A stretch of 63,511 nucleotides of DNA, the filler included, from Reclinomonas americana ATCC 50394 (taxonomy: Eukaryota): NCBI GenBank assembly GCA_048213135.1. It is 11 parts of 4 records of this genome, joined end to end, with 100 filler letters (N's around TTAATTAATTAA, not from the genome) between each part and the next. Parts side by side here need not be neighbours in the genome. Positions count along the whole stretch, not along the records: positions 11,366 to 24,643 come from PS015253.1; 10 more parts are not named here. One strand, given 5' to 3'. The notes under the pieces were generated by a model. That model saw only the letters and a program-made list of their open reading frames with translations. It made no database searches and was not told the origin of the DNA. This document shows positions 12,418-24,484 of this stretch, piece after piece (positions within the stretch are counted from its first letter, which is position 1; every line of letters begins with the position of its first letter). The position numbers were made by a program, and so were the translations under genes.

Positions 12418-13321
12418 CTGCGCGAGGGAGAAGCGGGCGGGGGTGTCAGCAACCAGACAAACGCCGCTTGCCCTTCTTTCTCTCCCCCTTGGACAAANNN
12501 NNNNNNNNNNNNNNNNNNNNNNNNNNNNNNNNNNNNNNNNNNNNNNNNNNNNNNNNNNNNNNNNNNNNNNNNNNNNNNNNNNNNNNNNNNNNNNNNNNNN
12601 NNNNNNNNNNNNNNNNNNNNNNNNNNNNNNNNNNNNNNNNNNNNNNNNNNNNNNNNNNNNNNNNNNNNNNNNNNNNNNNNNNNNNNNNNNNNNNNNNNNN
12701 NNNNNNNNNNNNNNNNNNNNNNNNNNNNNNNNNNNNNNNNNNNNNNNNNNNNNNNNNNNNNNNNNNNNNNNNNNNNNNNNNNNNNNNNNNNNNNNNNNNN
12801 NNNNNNNNNNNNNNNNNNNNNNNNNNNNNNNNNNNNNNNNNNNNNNNNNNNNNNNNNNNNNNNNNNNNNNNNNNNNNNNNNNNNNNNNNNNNNNNNNNNN
12901 NNNNNNNNNNNNNNNNNNNNNNNNNNNNNNNNNNNNNNNNNNNNNNNNNNNNNNNNNNNNNNNNNNNNNNNNNNNNNNNNNNNNNNNNNNNNNNNNNNNN
13001 NNNNNNNNNNNNNNNNNNNNNNNNNNNNNNNNNNNNNNNNNNNNNNNNNNNNNNNNNNNNNNNNNNNNNNNNNNNNNNNNNNNNNNNNNNNNNNNNNNNN
13101 NNNNNNNNNNNNNNNNNNNNNNNNNNNNNNNNNNNNNNNNNNNNNNNNNNNNNNNNNNNNNNNNNNNNNNNNNNNNNNNNNNNNNNNNNNNNNNNNNNNN
13201 NNNNNNNNNNNNNNNNNNNNNNNNNNNNNNNNNNNNNNNNNNNNNNNNNNNNNNNNNNNNNNNNNNNNNNNNNNNNNNNNNNNNNNNNNNNNNNNNNNNN
13301 NNNNNNNNNNNNNNNNNNNNN

Positions 13322-14225
13322 CGATGCTGACGTCAGCTCCATGCAGAACTGCTTCAACCTCGGTGGCAACAACAACGTGTGCGCTACCTGGGCTGGTCCT
13401 TTCTGCACTTGGTAAGCGCATTCATGAGACTCGTGTCGTTCGTCTCGATTTCGATATCTCATGCAAACATTCGTTGCTTTTCTTAGCCACCCGGTCAAGA
13501 ACTGCAACAACAACGGCTCATGTAACGCGGCTGGTGCTTGCGTCTGCAACGCTGGCTACGCCGGTGCCTCGTGCAACAACTGCGCCACCGACTACTACGG
13601 CCCGAACTGCGCCACCCTCTGCCAGGCCGCCGTCACCTGCAACGGCAACGGCACCTGCGACAACAACGGTGCCTGCGCGTGCACTGGCAACTACGCCGGC
13701 GCCGCTTGCAACGTGTGCAAGACCAACTACTACGGTGCGACTTGCGCCACCTTCTGCCAGGCCTCGTCGACCTGCAACGGCAACGGCTCGTGCGACAGCG
13801 CTGGCGCCTGCGTGTGCACTGGCAACTTCACTGGTGCCGCCTGCAACCAGTGCAAGCCGAACTACTTTGGTGCCTCGTGCTCCAAGTACTGCCTGGCCTC
13901 GTCGACCTGCAACGGCAACGGCTCGTGCGACGCCAGCGGCAACTGCGTGTGCAACAGCGGCTTCACTGGCGCTGCCTGCAACGTCGCCACCACCTGCACC
14001 ACCGACAGCAACTGCCTGGCCCAGTCTGTGGGTGCCAAGGCCGGCAACGGTGGCGCCATCGACGGCGGCAAGTGCGTGAGCGGTGCCTGCGTGTGCAACG
14101 CTGGCAACTCTGGCACCAACTGCCAGTGCCGCGCCGACTCGATCCTGTGCCCGGTCGCCGGCCAGGGCATCGCTGTCTTCTCCACCGTTGACGGCTCGAA
14201 GACTGGCTGCGCCAGCACCTGCTAA
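13322..14225 (+). CDS. Cys-rich EGF/laminin-EGF-like repeat protein, 5' end in gap
   Basis: Repeats of CNGNGxC...CxCxxxxxGAACNxC at a 45-aa/135-bp period. One intron near 13412-13485. Confidence 0.9.
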
Positions 14226-14511
14226 AGTTTTGTGAGACGAGAGAACCGAGTCAGATGGTCCGACAAGGCCGCTGATGCGCTCTCTCTCTCCGTGTTTTGT
14301 TGAGGCGTGTGGAACCTATAAAAAACGTTTGCCCCTCAGTTACCCATTGTCTCCAGCTGAGCGCTTCTACACTCCTCCTGTCCCCACCTATCTCTCATCG
14401 TCGATCTCCTTCGGCCACACAGAAACGCAAAGACGCATCTGTAATGCCAAAAGTAACGGGTATTTCCGTCTACAGTCAATCAACACACAGGCGGTTTGGG
14501 CGAAAGTAGAA

Positions 14512-15010
14512 ATGTCTGCGACCACGCGGCAGCCGGCTGGCAACGCGCAATCTTCCAGTGGCGGCCTGGTGAGATCGAAACGACCATCGCAGCCGATCAG
14601 TTTGCACCAAGACGATGATGATGAAGACGATGATGATGACGACGAAGAGGATGACGGCGAAGACGATGTCGAAGACGACTTTGAAGACGAGGACGAGCAG
14701 AAGCAGGCGCCATCATCACTGCGGCAACACAAGACGACAACAGCGACAGCGACAGTGCAGCAGAGGCAGTACCACACCACCGGCGGCAGGGCCGTTACAA
14801 ACGCAGCTGCCGCCATGTCGATGCCGTCGTCGCCGTCGGTGGTGTCGGCGAGTGATGACGACGAGCGGAGTGCTCGCACTGGCAGTGGCCACATGACGCC
14901 GTCGGGAGGTGGTGGCGCGAAGAAGCAGCAATCGCGAGTGATGACAACTGCAATGTCGGGGGGTAGATCGGCGGCTCCGTCGCCCACCGCCGCGAACAGT
15001 CGCAGGAAGG

Positions 15011-15056
<46 letters not shown>

Positions 15057-18000
15057 AGGAGTGGTGGCCAGGCGTGACGGATTCTCATTGCGCGCGCGCA
15101 CAGGCGGAGGAGTCGTCGGCAAATGGGGATGCGAATGGTGGTGGAGGTGGTGGGAAGTTCTGGATGCGAGCGCGCAAGGCGTTTGTTTCGTCGTCGTCGC
15201 TGTCGTCGTCGTCGGCGAGTGCGAGTGGAACGCAGTCGAACTTCTCCACGATGGGAACGAGCAGCGCCACGTCTCGATACAGCACCGATCTCATTCCGTA
15301 CTCGCGTCCGCCCGTCAACACAGAGGAGTCGCGGGAGAATGAGATCACGCTGTTGCGCATTCAGGTGCAGTCGTTGGAGTTGGCCAAGGCCGACATCGAG
15401 AAGGCATACACCGAACTGGCCAAGCAAAAAGCCACGCTCAATCGCAGCAAGTCGGATGTGGGGTTGGCCAATGCGCAGTTGCGCACGCAGTTGGTCGAGG
15501 AGGAGAAGAGGAATGCGGAACTGGCCGTGCGCGTGCGGGAGCTCGAGGTAGAGTCGCTCGCAGAGCAGGCCTCCCGCCCACTGCGCTGCTGCGTGGTGTT
15601 GATTGTCTCCCGTTGCAGGTGGCGCTGGCGAATGCGAATGCGGCCACGGCGGCGGCAACGGCACCAGCCGCGAGCGCATCTGCGGCCGCCGGTAGCAGTG
15701 GTGGTGCGGCTAGCCTGGCGGCGCTTCTTGGTCTGGGGCCGAGTGCAGGTGGGCAGGCCGGTGGGCAGGCCAGTGCCGATGAGTTGCTGAGATTACGCGA
15801 GGAGAACCAAGTTCCGTGTCTGTCTTTGTGAGCAGAGTGCTGTTGATTTTTAGTGCTCACTCTCGTCGTCACAGAAGCTGCAGCGTGCAATGGCCGCGGC
15901 AAAGCAGCAAGCCGACAAGCGTGTGGAGGACCTGGAGAAGCAGCACGAGCAGCGTCTGACCGAAAAGGAACAGGCGCTCTCGGAGATGCGCAACGAGCTT
16001 AGGGAAGCCAAGACCGACAATGAGAAGCTGCGCAAGGCGGTGACGCACGCCGAGGCAGTCGCCGAAGAGATTCGACAGCGCCTCCAGTCGTCGAATTCGG
16101 ACGCCGCCGCCAGTCGAACGCAGGCTCACGCGGAACTCAAGTTGCGTGCCGGCTGCAGCGGGAGTCTTTTTTCTTTGTTGTCTTCTCACACTGCGCTCAA
16201 TGTGCAGAAAAGTGCAAGATCAGCTGGCGCAAACGAATGTTATCCTGGCCAAGCGTGAGCGAGAGCTGGAGAGAATTCGTGCTCGCCACGCGCCGCTGAC
16301 GGCTGCGCGATCGCGGAGCACGTCGCGATCCAATAGTCGTCCCTCGTCGGCCAAGGTTCGTTTTATCCATCACTTACTCACACTCTCCCTTTCGGCTGAC
16401 TAACAGCGTACCACGCACACACACAGCCTCAAGCCACTGCGTCGTCGGCCATGGACGTGACAGATATTTCGAGCGACGAAGGCGACGTGGCCAGCATTAA
16501 TAATGGCGACGTGGTCGATTTCGGAGCGCTGTTGGATGACGACGAGGATCCGGAGATTCGCGAGATTGCTCGTCTGGTGAATGTGCAATCGCGCATGGCG
16601 GCAGAGATTGGCCCCGACTTCCTCCCGCCACACATCTATGAGATCGAGGGTCACAACGGGAGCGGCCTCAGTTACCACACCACACGGCGCGGATCACCGC
16701 CACTGGCGCGACTGATTGTGTCGCCACCGAATGGCACTGGCACAGACGGCAGCGGTGCGAGCAACAGCACACCGGCTTCCCACAGCAGCGCCTTGTCACC
16801 GCCGTCCATGGCCGGACGCGGCGGCATTTCCACGTCGTCGCTGATGCTGAGTCCGCCGTCGGAGGGTGAGAAATCGAGTGCCTCGAGTGCCTCGTCGGGA
16901 CGTGGCTCGGCGCACAAGTACGAGGTCATTGAGGCCGGTGGCGAGACCGTCAGCGTGCCTGTACGACCGCTGCCGGTGCGACGTGCTTTTTCGGCCCGCA
17001 ATGTCTCACCGACTCGCCTCTTCACCAACACCGCCGCCGCCAATGGTATTATCGGCGGCAAGCAGGCGGCTGCGCTGACACGGCGCGAGAGCGCGCTGAT
17101 TGCTGCCTACGGACCCCCTGTCGCTGCATCGCGAACCAACAGTTCCAAGTCAACCAGCACACGGAAAGGTGCCACCCTTCTCCCCGCTCTCCTTTTCTGC
17201 TCGTGTCGCTGACCGCGCCTCGCCAGATTCAACCAGCAGTGATCGATCGTCGTCAACGGGCTCACGGCCGCGGTCCGCTCAGTCGCGAGAGCGCGAGCGC
17301 CACGGCAGCTTGCCTGTGAATCAGGTGGCGGACGTGCCCGCCGGCACGCGTGCCTTGCAGCGGAGAGTCAGCAGCGCCACGGTGCGCTCGTCGGGTGTTC
17401 CGAGTGTGGCCACGGGCGGCACATCAAGTGGTTCGGCGCAGTCCATTCTCTCGAGAGCTCGCGAGGCTGCAGCTTCGGTGCAGACCACGCATGCGCCGCT
17501 GGATGCGCCGACAGTGGAGCCCATTACGCTGCGCACCAGTGTAAATGACCTGGTGCGCATCACCAGCGTGGTGTCGGAATGGTCGCAGAAACGAACAGCG
17601 TCGGTGTTGCAGGCGTTGACTTTGAGAGTTGCGTCGAATCGGTGTGTGGGGCATGGCACAGCGATGACTGACTCTTTGTGTGCAGGGTATCCACACTGTT
17701 AATGACGTGTTGGAGCAGTGGCGGCAGCTGCAGACGTATGGCTTGCGACGCAAAGTTCTGCGTAGTTTGCGTGTGTCGATTGTGGACCGCCTGGACGAAA
17801 AATCGCTGGAGCGTCTGCTTCCGCACCTTGCCATGTTAAGCCCAGATGGCGGCGGGGAATCGGGAGAAGAATGAAACCTCTGGTAGTGGGTGTTACCGAC
17901 GAGGATTTACCGGATGCTTTTGTTTTCTCTCTCTGCCGATATTCGGATGGCTCACAAGGCGCAGGAGTTTTATTGTACACGCTGGAGGGCTGTCATCGCA

Positions 18001-18088
18001 CCAGCAGGTGGCCACTGCCGAGCTCGCGGTGCAGACGATTGGCGTTGGTCGAGATCTCCCAGAGCACTCGTTGCACTGCGAAGGGTGA
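14512..18088 (+). CDS. Large low-complexity/coiled-coil protein with a helical C-terminal domain; 3' end uncertain
   Basis: Exons splice in frame: acidic tract, heptad coiled coils (LLRIQVQSLELAKADIEK...), Ser-rich linker. Confidence 0.7.
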
Positions 18089-18090
18089 GC

Positions 18091-19875
18091 TCACTCATGC
18101 TGGGTGCACTGACAAGGGTGGGAGGTAGACGCACAGTCTTCGCATTCGAGGCTGTCGCCGATGAGTTGCGGAGCGACGGCTGCGGCTGCGCGTGCCGGCG
18201 CCGGTGGGGCTGCAGCGGGAGCTGGGCGGGCACGAGGCCTCGGAGCTGGTGGGTGGGAAGCTGACGCACGGCGTCGGGGTGCTGGTGCGGCGACTGGTCG
18301 AACGCGAGGCACCGGCAGCGGATAGCGTACCATGACGACCGTGCTGCTGACGACGTCTGCGCGTGGAGGCGCATCGTCGCTTTCTTCGGCATCATCTTCT
18401 TCCATGGCCTGTTGCTGCTGCTCACGCTCGAGATGCTGTTGTCTCCGTTGCTGACGACGTTCCTCTGCGCTGCTGACTGCGACGGCTCGCGCGTGCTGTG
18501 CACGACAGTGTCAAGACAGTGCCAGCGCGATCTCTGTGTCTCCTCATCGGTATGATTCTCACCTCTGCATCCACATCACTCTGACCGACGCACGGGCGCG
18601 GCGGCTGTCCACGCGGGCGCGGTTTGGAGAGAACCGACTCCGGCACCAGGTTCATTCGGCAGAGCGGACAAGTGGCATGCCGAGAGTCGACCCACCTGCA
18701 GCACACATTGGTCAGTCGCCGCGCTCATCTCTCTGCAGTGGCACGGCACGCACATGTCGAGACACTCCTGTCGAGTGGAGAGAAAGAGGAGTCAGCAATT
18801 AGGTTGGTGCAGGTGCGCTTTTGCTTGTCATTACCTCGTGGAAGCGGTGCAGGCAGCGTGTCAGCATCACTGTCTCTCCCTTTTCCATGTCGCACAGGCA
18901 CACGGAGCACTGATGATCCGCTTCGCCACTGCTAATGTCGCCTTGCGTGTACCGCGTGACAAACTGTTCGATCTCGGTCTGTATGTGCATGTATCAGTAT
19001 CAATGCTCTACATGTTGTCGAATGCGTAACGTACGTACGACACCGCACCTTGATGGGATCACGTTTCGGCTGCACACGAGCCGCTCCACTGTTCCTTGCT
19101 GGCTGCGCCACCAATTCGACTGCGTCCTCCTCCACCTCCATCGGCACTTCCAGCATTCGTCGTGGATCAACCTCCATTTCCAGTTGCAACTGCTGAGGTC
19201 GCCACGACTGCGCCGCCCGCCTCTCTTGCTGCTCACGATTGCGACGGCGAGCGGCCGATGCCGAGCGTGCGGCAGCCTCGAACGACAAGCGCGACAGCCA
19301 TGCATCCACACGCGTTCGCAGTCGCAACAGGCGTCCGATGGTGTACGACTGCACGCTCGGTAAGCAGTGGGTGGGAGACGGAGGAGGAAGGGAGGGAGGA
19401 AGGAAGGGAGGGGAAAGAGAAAATAGAGGAGACCGCGCCTGCGTGGCAAAGTGATGACAGACGCACCATCGGCATGTACGACCCGTATCGACTGTTGGAC
19501 CGCTGGCACACATCCAGCGCCTCCGTCACGTCGGTGCTCAGCTCGCGAATCGGCGCAATACCCAGTTGCTTGAGGTGAGCAAGCGGCACGACCACCTATG
19601 CATCGCCTCAGCACCACGATCACGAGTTGGAAAATTTAAAGAGAGGAATGGTCACGCAACACTCTGCAAATGCTCGTTGAACTCGTTCTCAGTCATCTGG
19701 CACTCCAACGGCGGCTCCTGTTGGCCCTCTTGCAGGTGCGCTGGCTGGAGGTGCCACAAGCGGCGCTACGGGATTGGTGCGTGAGGGAAGAAGACATCGA
19801 TGCTATTTTCGCACACGATCCATGATCGATCATGCAGCGCACCAGCAAGCGGATCGGAAGCTCTTCTACGTCCAT
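18091..19875 (-). CDS. RING-H2 finger protein (putative E3 ligase)
   Basis: Spliced CSVC...LTRCLHRFHE|ECLDM|WVDSRHATCPLC. Confidence 0.85.
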
Positions 19876-19930
19876 TCAATCCCGGCGAGCCGTGCACGTG
19901 CGCGTGTGTGTCTCAAGTTTATGTCTGCCT

Positions 19931-19961
<31 letters not shown>

Positions 19962-20047
19962 GCACGGCGTGAACAAATGGGCGGTTGGGGTTATAAATGC
20001 ACACAAACAATCCAACTCGTATATTGTGGTCTTTGTTTTTCTCTGTT

Positions 20048-22532
20048 TTACAGCAAGCTCTTCCCGGCCGCCATGTGGTCAAAAATGAGCATGATCACCG
20101 TCTCCAACTCGCCACGGTTGCTGATCAGCCACTCCGAGATGATGGGCGACCGATCGGCAGGGAAACCCATGTCGCACAAGTGACGGATTTGCGCGGCGTA
20201 CTGGTGCGAGTGCCACGACGGAACCGGNNNNNNNNNNNNNNNNNNNNNNNNNNNNNNNNNNNNNNNNNNNNNNNNNNNNNNNNNNNNNNNNNNNNNNNNN
20301 NNNNNNNNNNNNNNNNNNNNNNNNNNNNNNNNNNNNNNNNNNNNNNNNNNNNNNNNNNNNNNNNNNNNNNNNNNNNNNNNNNNNNNNNNNNNNNNNNNNN
20401 NNNNNNNNNNNNNNNNNNNNNNNNNNNNNNNNNNNNNNNNNNNNNNNNNNNNNNNNNNNNNNNNNNNNNNNNNNNNNNNNNNNNNNNNNNNNNNNNNNNN
20501 NNNNNNNNNNNNNNNNNNNNNNNNNNNNNNNNNNNNNNNNNNNNNNNNNNNNNNNNNNNNNNNNNNNNNNNNNNNNNNNNNNNNNNNNNNNNNNNNNNNN
20601 NNNNNNNNNNNNNNNNNNNNNNNNNNNNNNNNNNNNNNNNNNNNNNNNNNNNNNNNNNNNNNNNNNNNNNNNNNNNNNNNNNNNNNNNNNNNNNNNNNNN
20701 NNNNNNNNNNNNNNNNNNNNNNNNNNNNNNNNNNNNNNNNNNNNNNNNNNNNNNNNTGGTGCCGGCACCACCTCAGGCGCCACCACCACCACCACAGGTG
20801 CCGGTGCAGCCGCAGTCGTCGTCGTCGTCGTCGTAGTTGTCGATGACGATGAAGAAGCTCCGCTGTCGAATGGCTCCGGAACAACATCGGGAGACGGCGT
20901 CGTCACACGCGGCTGGTGCGCGTGAATGCGAATGTAGTGGCGGCCACCAAAGGCCTGGCCGTCGGGGGTGTGCAGGCGGAACAGGCTGCGATACTCGCCC
21001 TCCGTCGCCGGTGCACGAGTGTGGATGGTGAAGTCGGCGGACTCGCGCGGACGCAGAGCCACCGGGCACACCACGTGGATGTCGTCGACATTCTCCAACA
21101 GATCGCCACCGACCCACTTGAGGTAGCACATGGCGGGCCACGCACTCTTGGCCTGCGAGAGGAGCAACGAAGAAATGAGTTCGCAATCAGAGGGGAAAAA
21201 AGACTCTTCAAACAAACACACCTCCTTCGGGTTGCCAATGCGCCACGTCTTGGTCATTGGCTTGCCACACGGCACACGCTCACCATCGCGCAGCTGCACA
21301 TCGTCGACAAACTGCGCCAGCGGCAGCGACGGCGACACCACAAACGAAGCAGAATCTGACATGCCCGTCTGCGACGACGACAGAGAACGCTCCATCAGCG
21401 TGCTCACGGCCGGCGCACCCTCCGGTCCATTGTCGACCAGCACCCAGCTGTCCAGCAGACTGCCGCTCATGGCATCCTCGCCCGCGGGAGCAGCAGCGGA
21501 GGACGACGATGATGAGCCAGAAGATGCGAAAGCCTTTTCGCTCTCCTCCTCCTCGTCCAGCACCTCATCGTGCTGCGCAGCCATGGTCTTGTCGAACTCA
21601 AAGCACGACTGGAACATGACGGGCGACTCGGGCGCCTCCACAGCGACCGCAGGCACCACATCGTCCACCTCCACCGCCGGCGGCGAGTTCACCACATCCA
21701 CCACTGGCGGATCCGCAAACGACACTGTGCGTGGCGAGGCAGCAGCCGGCGGCACACGAGCTGCTGCTGCTGCTGCTGCTACCACAGTGTGCGATGAAGA
21801 AGGCTCTGTCGACGCTGTCAGAACAGTCGGCGCCCCCTCGTACACATTCGAGAGTTTGACCGAGCCGTCCGGGAACAAGTCGACCTCCAGGGTCACATCG
21901 CGCCCCGCACGCACCAAGTGCCCCATCCACGGCTCCACCAGACTGGCCACAGCCGGCATCCCGCGCAATCGCTCCAAGAAGCACGCCGATCTCGGCGGCG
22001 ATGGCGGGAAGCGCGCGGCCTGACACGGTGGAGAAGGCGATCTGTTGTGCTGCGCAGCAGCAGCAATAGGCGAGGTCCGCGCACTCGTCGGCACCTTGTC
22101 TGTCACCGAGATCTTGATTAGCTGATCGTCGCTGTGAAGCCGCTTGGCTTCCTCCCACTGCGAGGAATCGACGATTGAGCGACGATCAACACACAACAGG
22201 GAAGCTGGTCTCTCTCACTGTGAGGTGTTTACCTCTGCGTCAGTGGCAAACACCACTGCGTCGCCATCCGAGTCAACGTACGACAGGATAAACTCCTCTG
22301 GCAACGTGTCTTGGAAAAAGATACACAGACGATTCACCAGTTCGTCAAACGAGGAACTGTCGCACACACATACAGAGGGAAAGGGGGGAGAAGGAGAGGA
22401 GAGAAGGGAGCGTGAGTTGGAGGCTGTTTGGAAGAGTCCGCGTGGTGTCCCAAAATACACACGCAACTCTCGAGGAACGCGGAAGCGGCGCACTTCGTTC
22501 TTGCTCGGCACCGAGACCTTCAGAGGCAACAT
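20048..22532 (-). CDS. NBR1: NBR1-like autophagy receptor (PB1, LIR-like, FW, UBA)
   Basis: PB1: LKV..EVRRFRV..LSYVDSDGD. LIR-like: DSWVLV. FW domain: FVDDV..DGE..KTWRIGN..W. UBA: LCDMGF...NRGELETVI. Confidence 0.8.
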
Positions 22533-23221
22533 GTTTTGTGCGTGTGTAGTGTGTGCTCGCACACTTGATTCGAGCAAAAAGCAAAAGACAAAAATACAAA
22601 TCCTCACAAAGCGACTCGACGCATCGATGAAACCGAACATGCAAATTGGAGGCACAATGAGAAGCTCGTCTTCGCGCCAAAGTGCACGCGCAGAGATCCA
22701 AACATCACAGGTGAGAGGGGGTGGAGAGAGACAATGAGCCGCCATCAACAAGTCGACAAGTCGACTCGTCGACGTCGATGTTTTTGTCGTGCATGATGCA
22801 GGCGGAGAACGCGGATCGCGCATACGAGTGACAGGTACCGGTGATCATCATGCACGCAATATGGCCATGAGAGCACAGAGGTTTGCGCTTTTTAATAATC
22901 AACGTCGACTTTTTGCTGCAGATCCACACTTCGACAGCTCGCCGGGAAGCTGCTATGAGGAAAAGGGATGTACTAGATGTGCAACTAGAGCATGCCTTCA
23001 CCGACGCGGACCACCTGTTGCAGCTGCATGACTGAACGTCGCAAGGCTCGATATTGCGAAAATAATGATTGCATTTTCCTTGCACAGATGGCTCCGCTGC
23101 TCACTCCACACGCAAATATGAGTGCCCCACCTGCATACAACAACAACCCGCACAAAAGAAAGAGAAAATATGCGACTTGTCCTGTCAACCGTTGAAACGG
23201 TTGCTTGTCAATACAACAAAA

Positions 23222-24448
23222 ATGTCATTCGACGCCTTCCTCGACGGTCAGTCACACTCCCCTCTCCCCTCTCACACACACACGCTCCCTCTCTCACCAC
23301 ACACCACACAGGCCCCTTTGGCAGCCCACCACGCAAGAAATGGTCATCGCCTTCCTCACCCGGCGGCGGTCGCCTGAAGACCGGCGCCAGTGGCACCGGC
23401 GGCATTCCCTCCTTCATGATGCACCACCACCATCCATCACACCACTCACGCCACGCGAGCATTGGCACCAGCAGCGGTGGCAGCGGTGGTAGTCCCAGTC
23501 ATGAAATGCGTCCACGATCAGCATCGCATCATCATCATCATGCGAGAAATCTCTCTGCGCCGTTCTTCTCCGTCACTGCGGCAGCAACGGCGGCAGCTGG
23601 CGATGTGACGTCACCGCGAGTCGCGTCGCCGTCGCCGTTGTTGCCGGCGACGGCGGCGGCGACGGCGGTGGGGCTGTTGAGTCGAGGCGCGTCATCGTCG
23701 TCGCAATTGTCGCCGGCGAGGGCGGTGGCGGTGATGAATAGTGCATTGTCGCCGCAGAGGTTACGGTAAGGAGGGGGAGGGAAGTTGGGGATAAGGGGAG
23801 ATAAGGGGAAGGGGGGAGGGAGGGAGAAGGGAGAGAGACTGAGAGAGAGAGAGAGAGAGAGACTGACAGCAAGAGAGACTGAGAGAGACAGAAGGANNNN
23901 NNNNNNNNNNNNNNNNNNNNNNNNNNNNNNNNNNNNNNNNNNNNNNNNNNNNNNNNNNNNNNNNNNNNNNNNNNNNNNNNNNNNNNNNNNNNNNNNNNNN
24001 NNNNNNNNNNNNNNNNNNNNNNNNNNNNNNNNNNNNNNNNNNNNNNNNNNNNNNNNNNNNNNNNNNNNNNNNNNNNNNNNNNNNNNNNNNNNNNNNNNNN
24101 NNNNNNNNNNNNNNNNNNNNNNNNNNNNNNNNNNNNNNNNNNNNNNNNNNNNNNNNNNNNNNNNNNNNNNNNNNNNNNNNNNNNNNNNNNNNNNNNNNNN
24201 NNNNNNNNNNNNNNNNNNNNNNNNNNNNNNNNNNNNNNNNNNNNNNNNNNNNNNNNNNNNNNNNNNNNNNNNNNNNNNNNNNNNNNNNNNNNNNNNNNNN
24301 NNNNNNNNNNNNNNNNNNNNNNNNNNNNNNNNNNNNNNNNNNNNNNNNNNNNNNNNNNNNNNNNNNNNNNNNNNNNNNNNNNNNNNNNNNNNNNNNNNNN
24401 NNNNNNNNNNNNNNNNNNNNNNNNNNNNNNNNNNNNNNNNNNNNNNNN

Positions 24449-24484
<36 letters not shown>

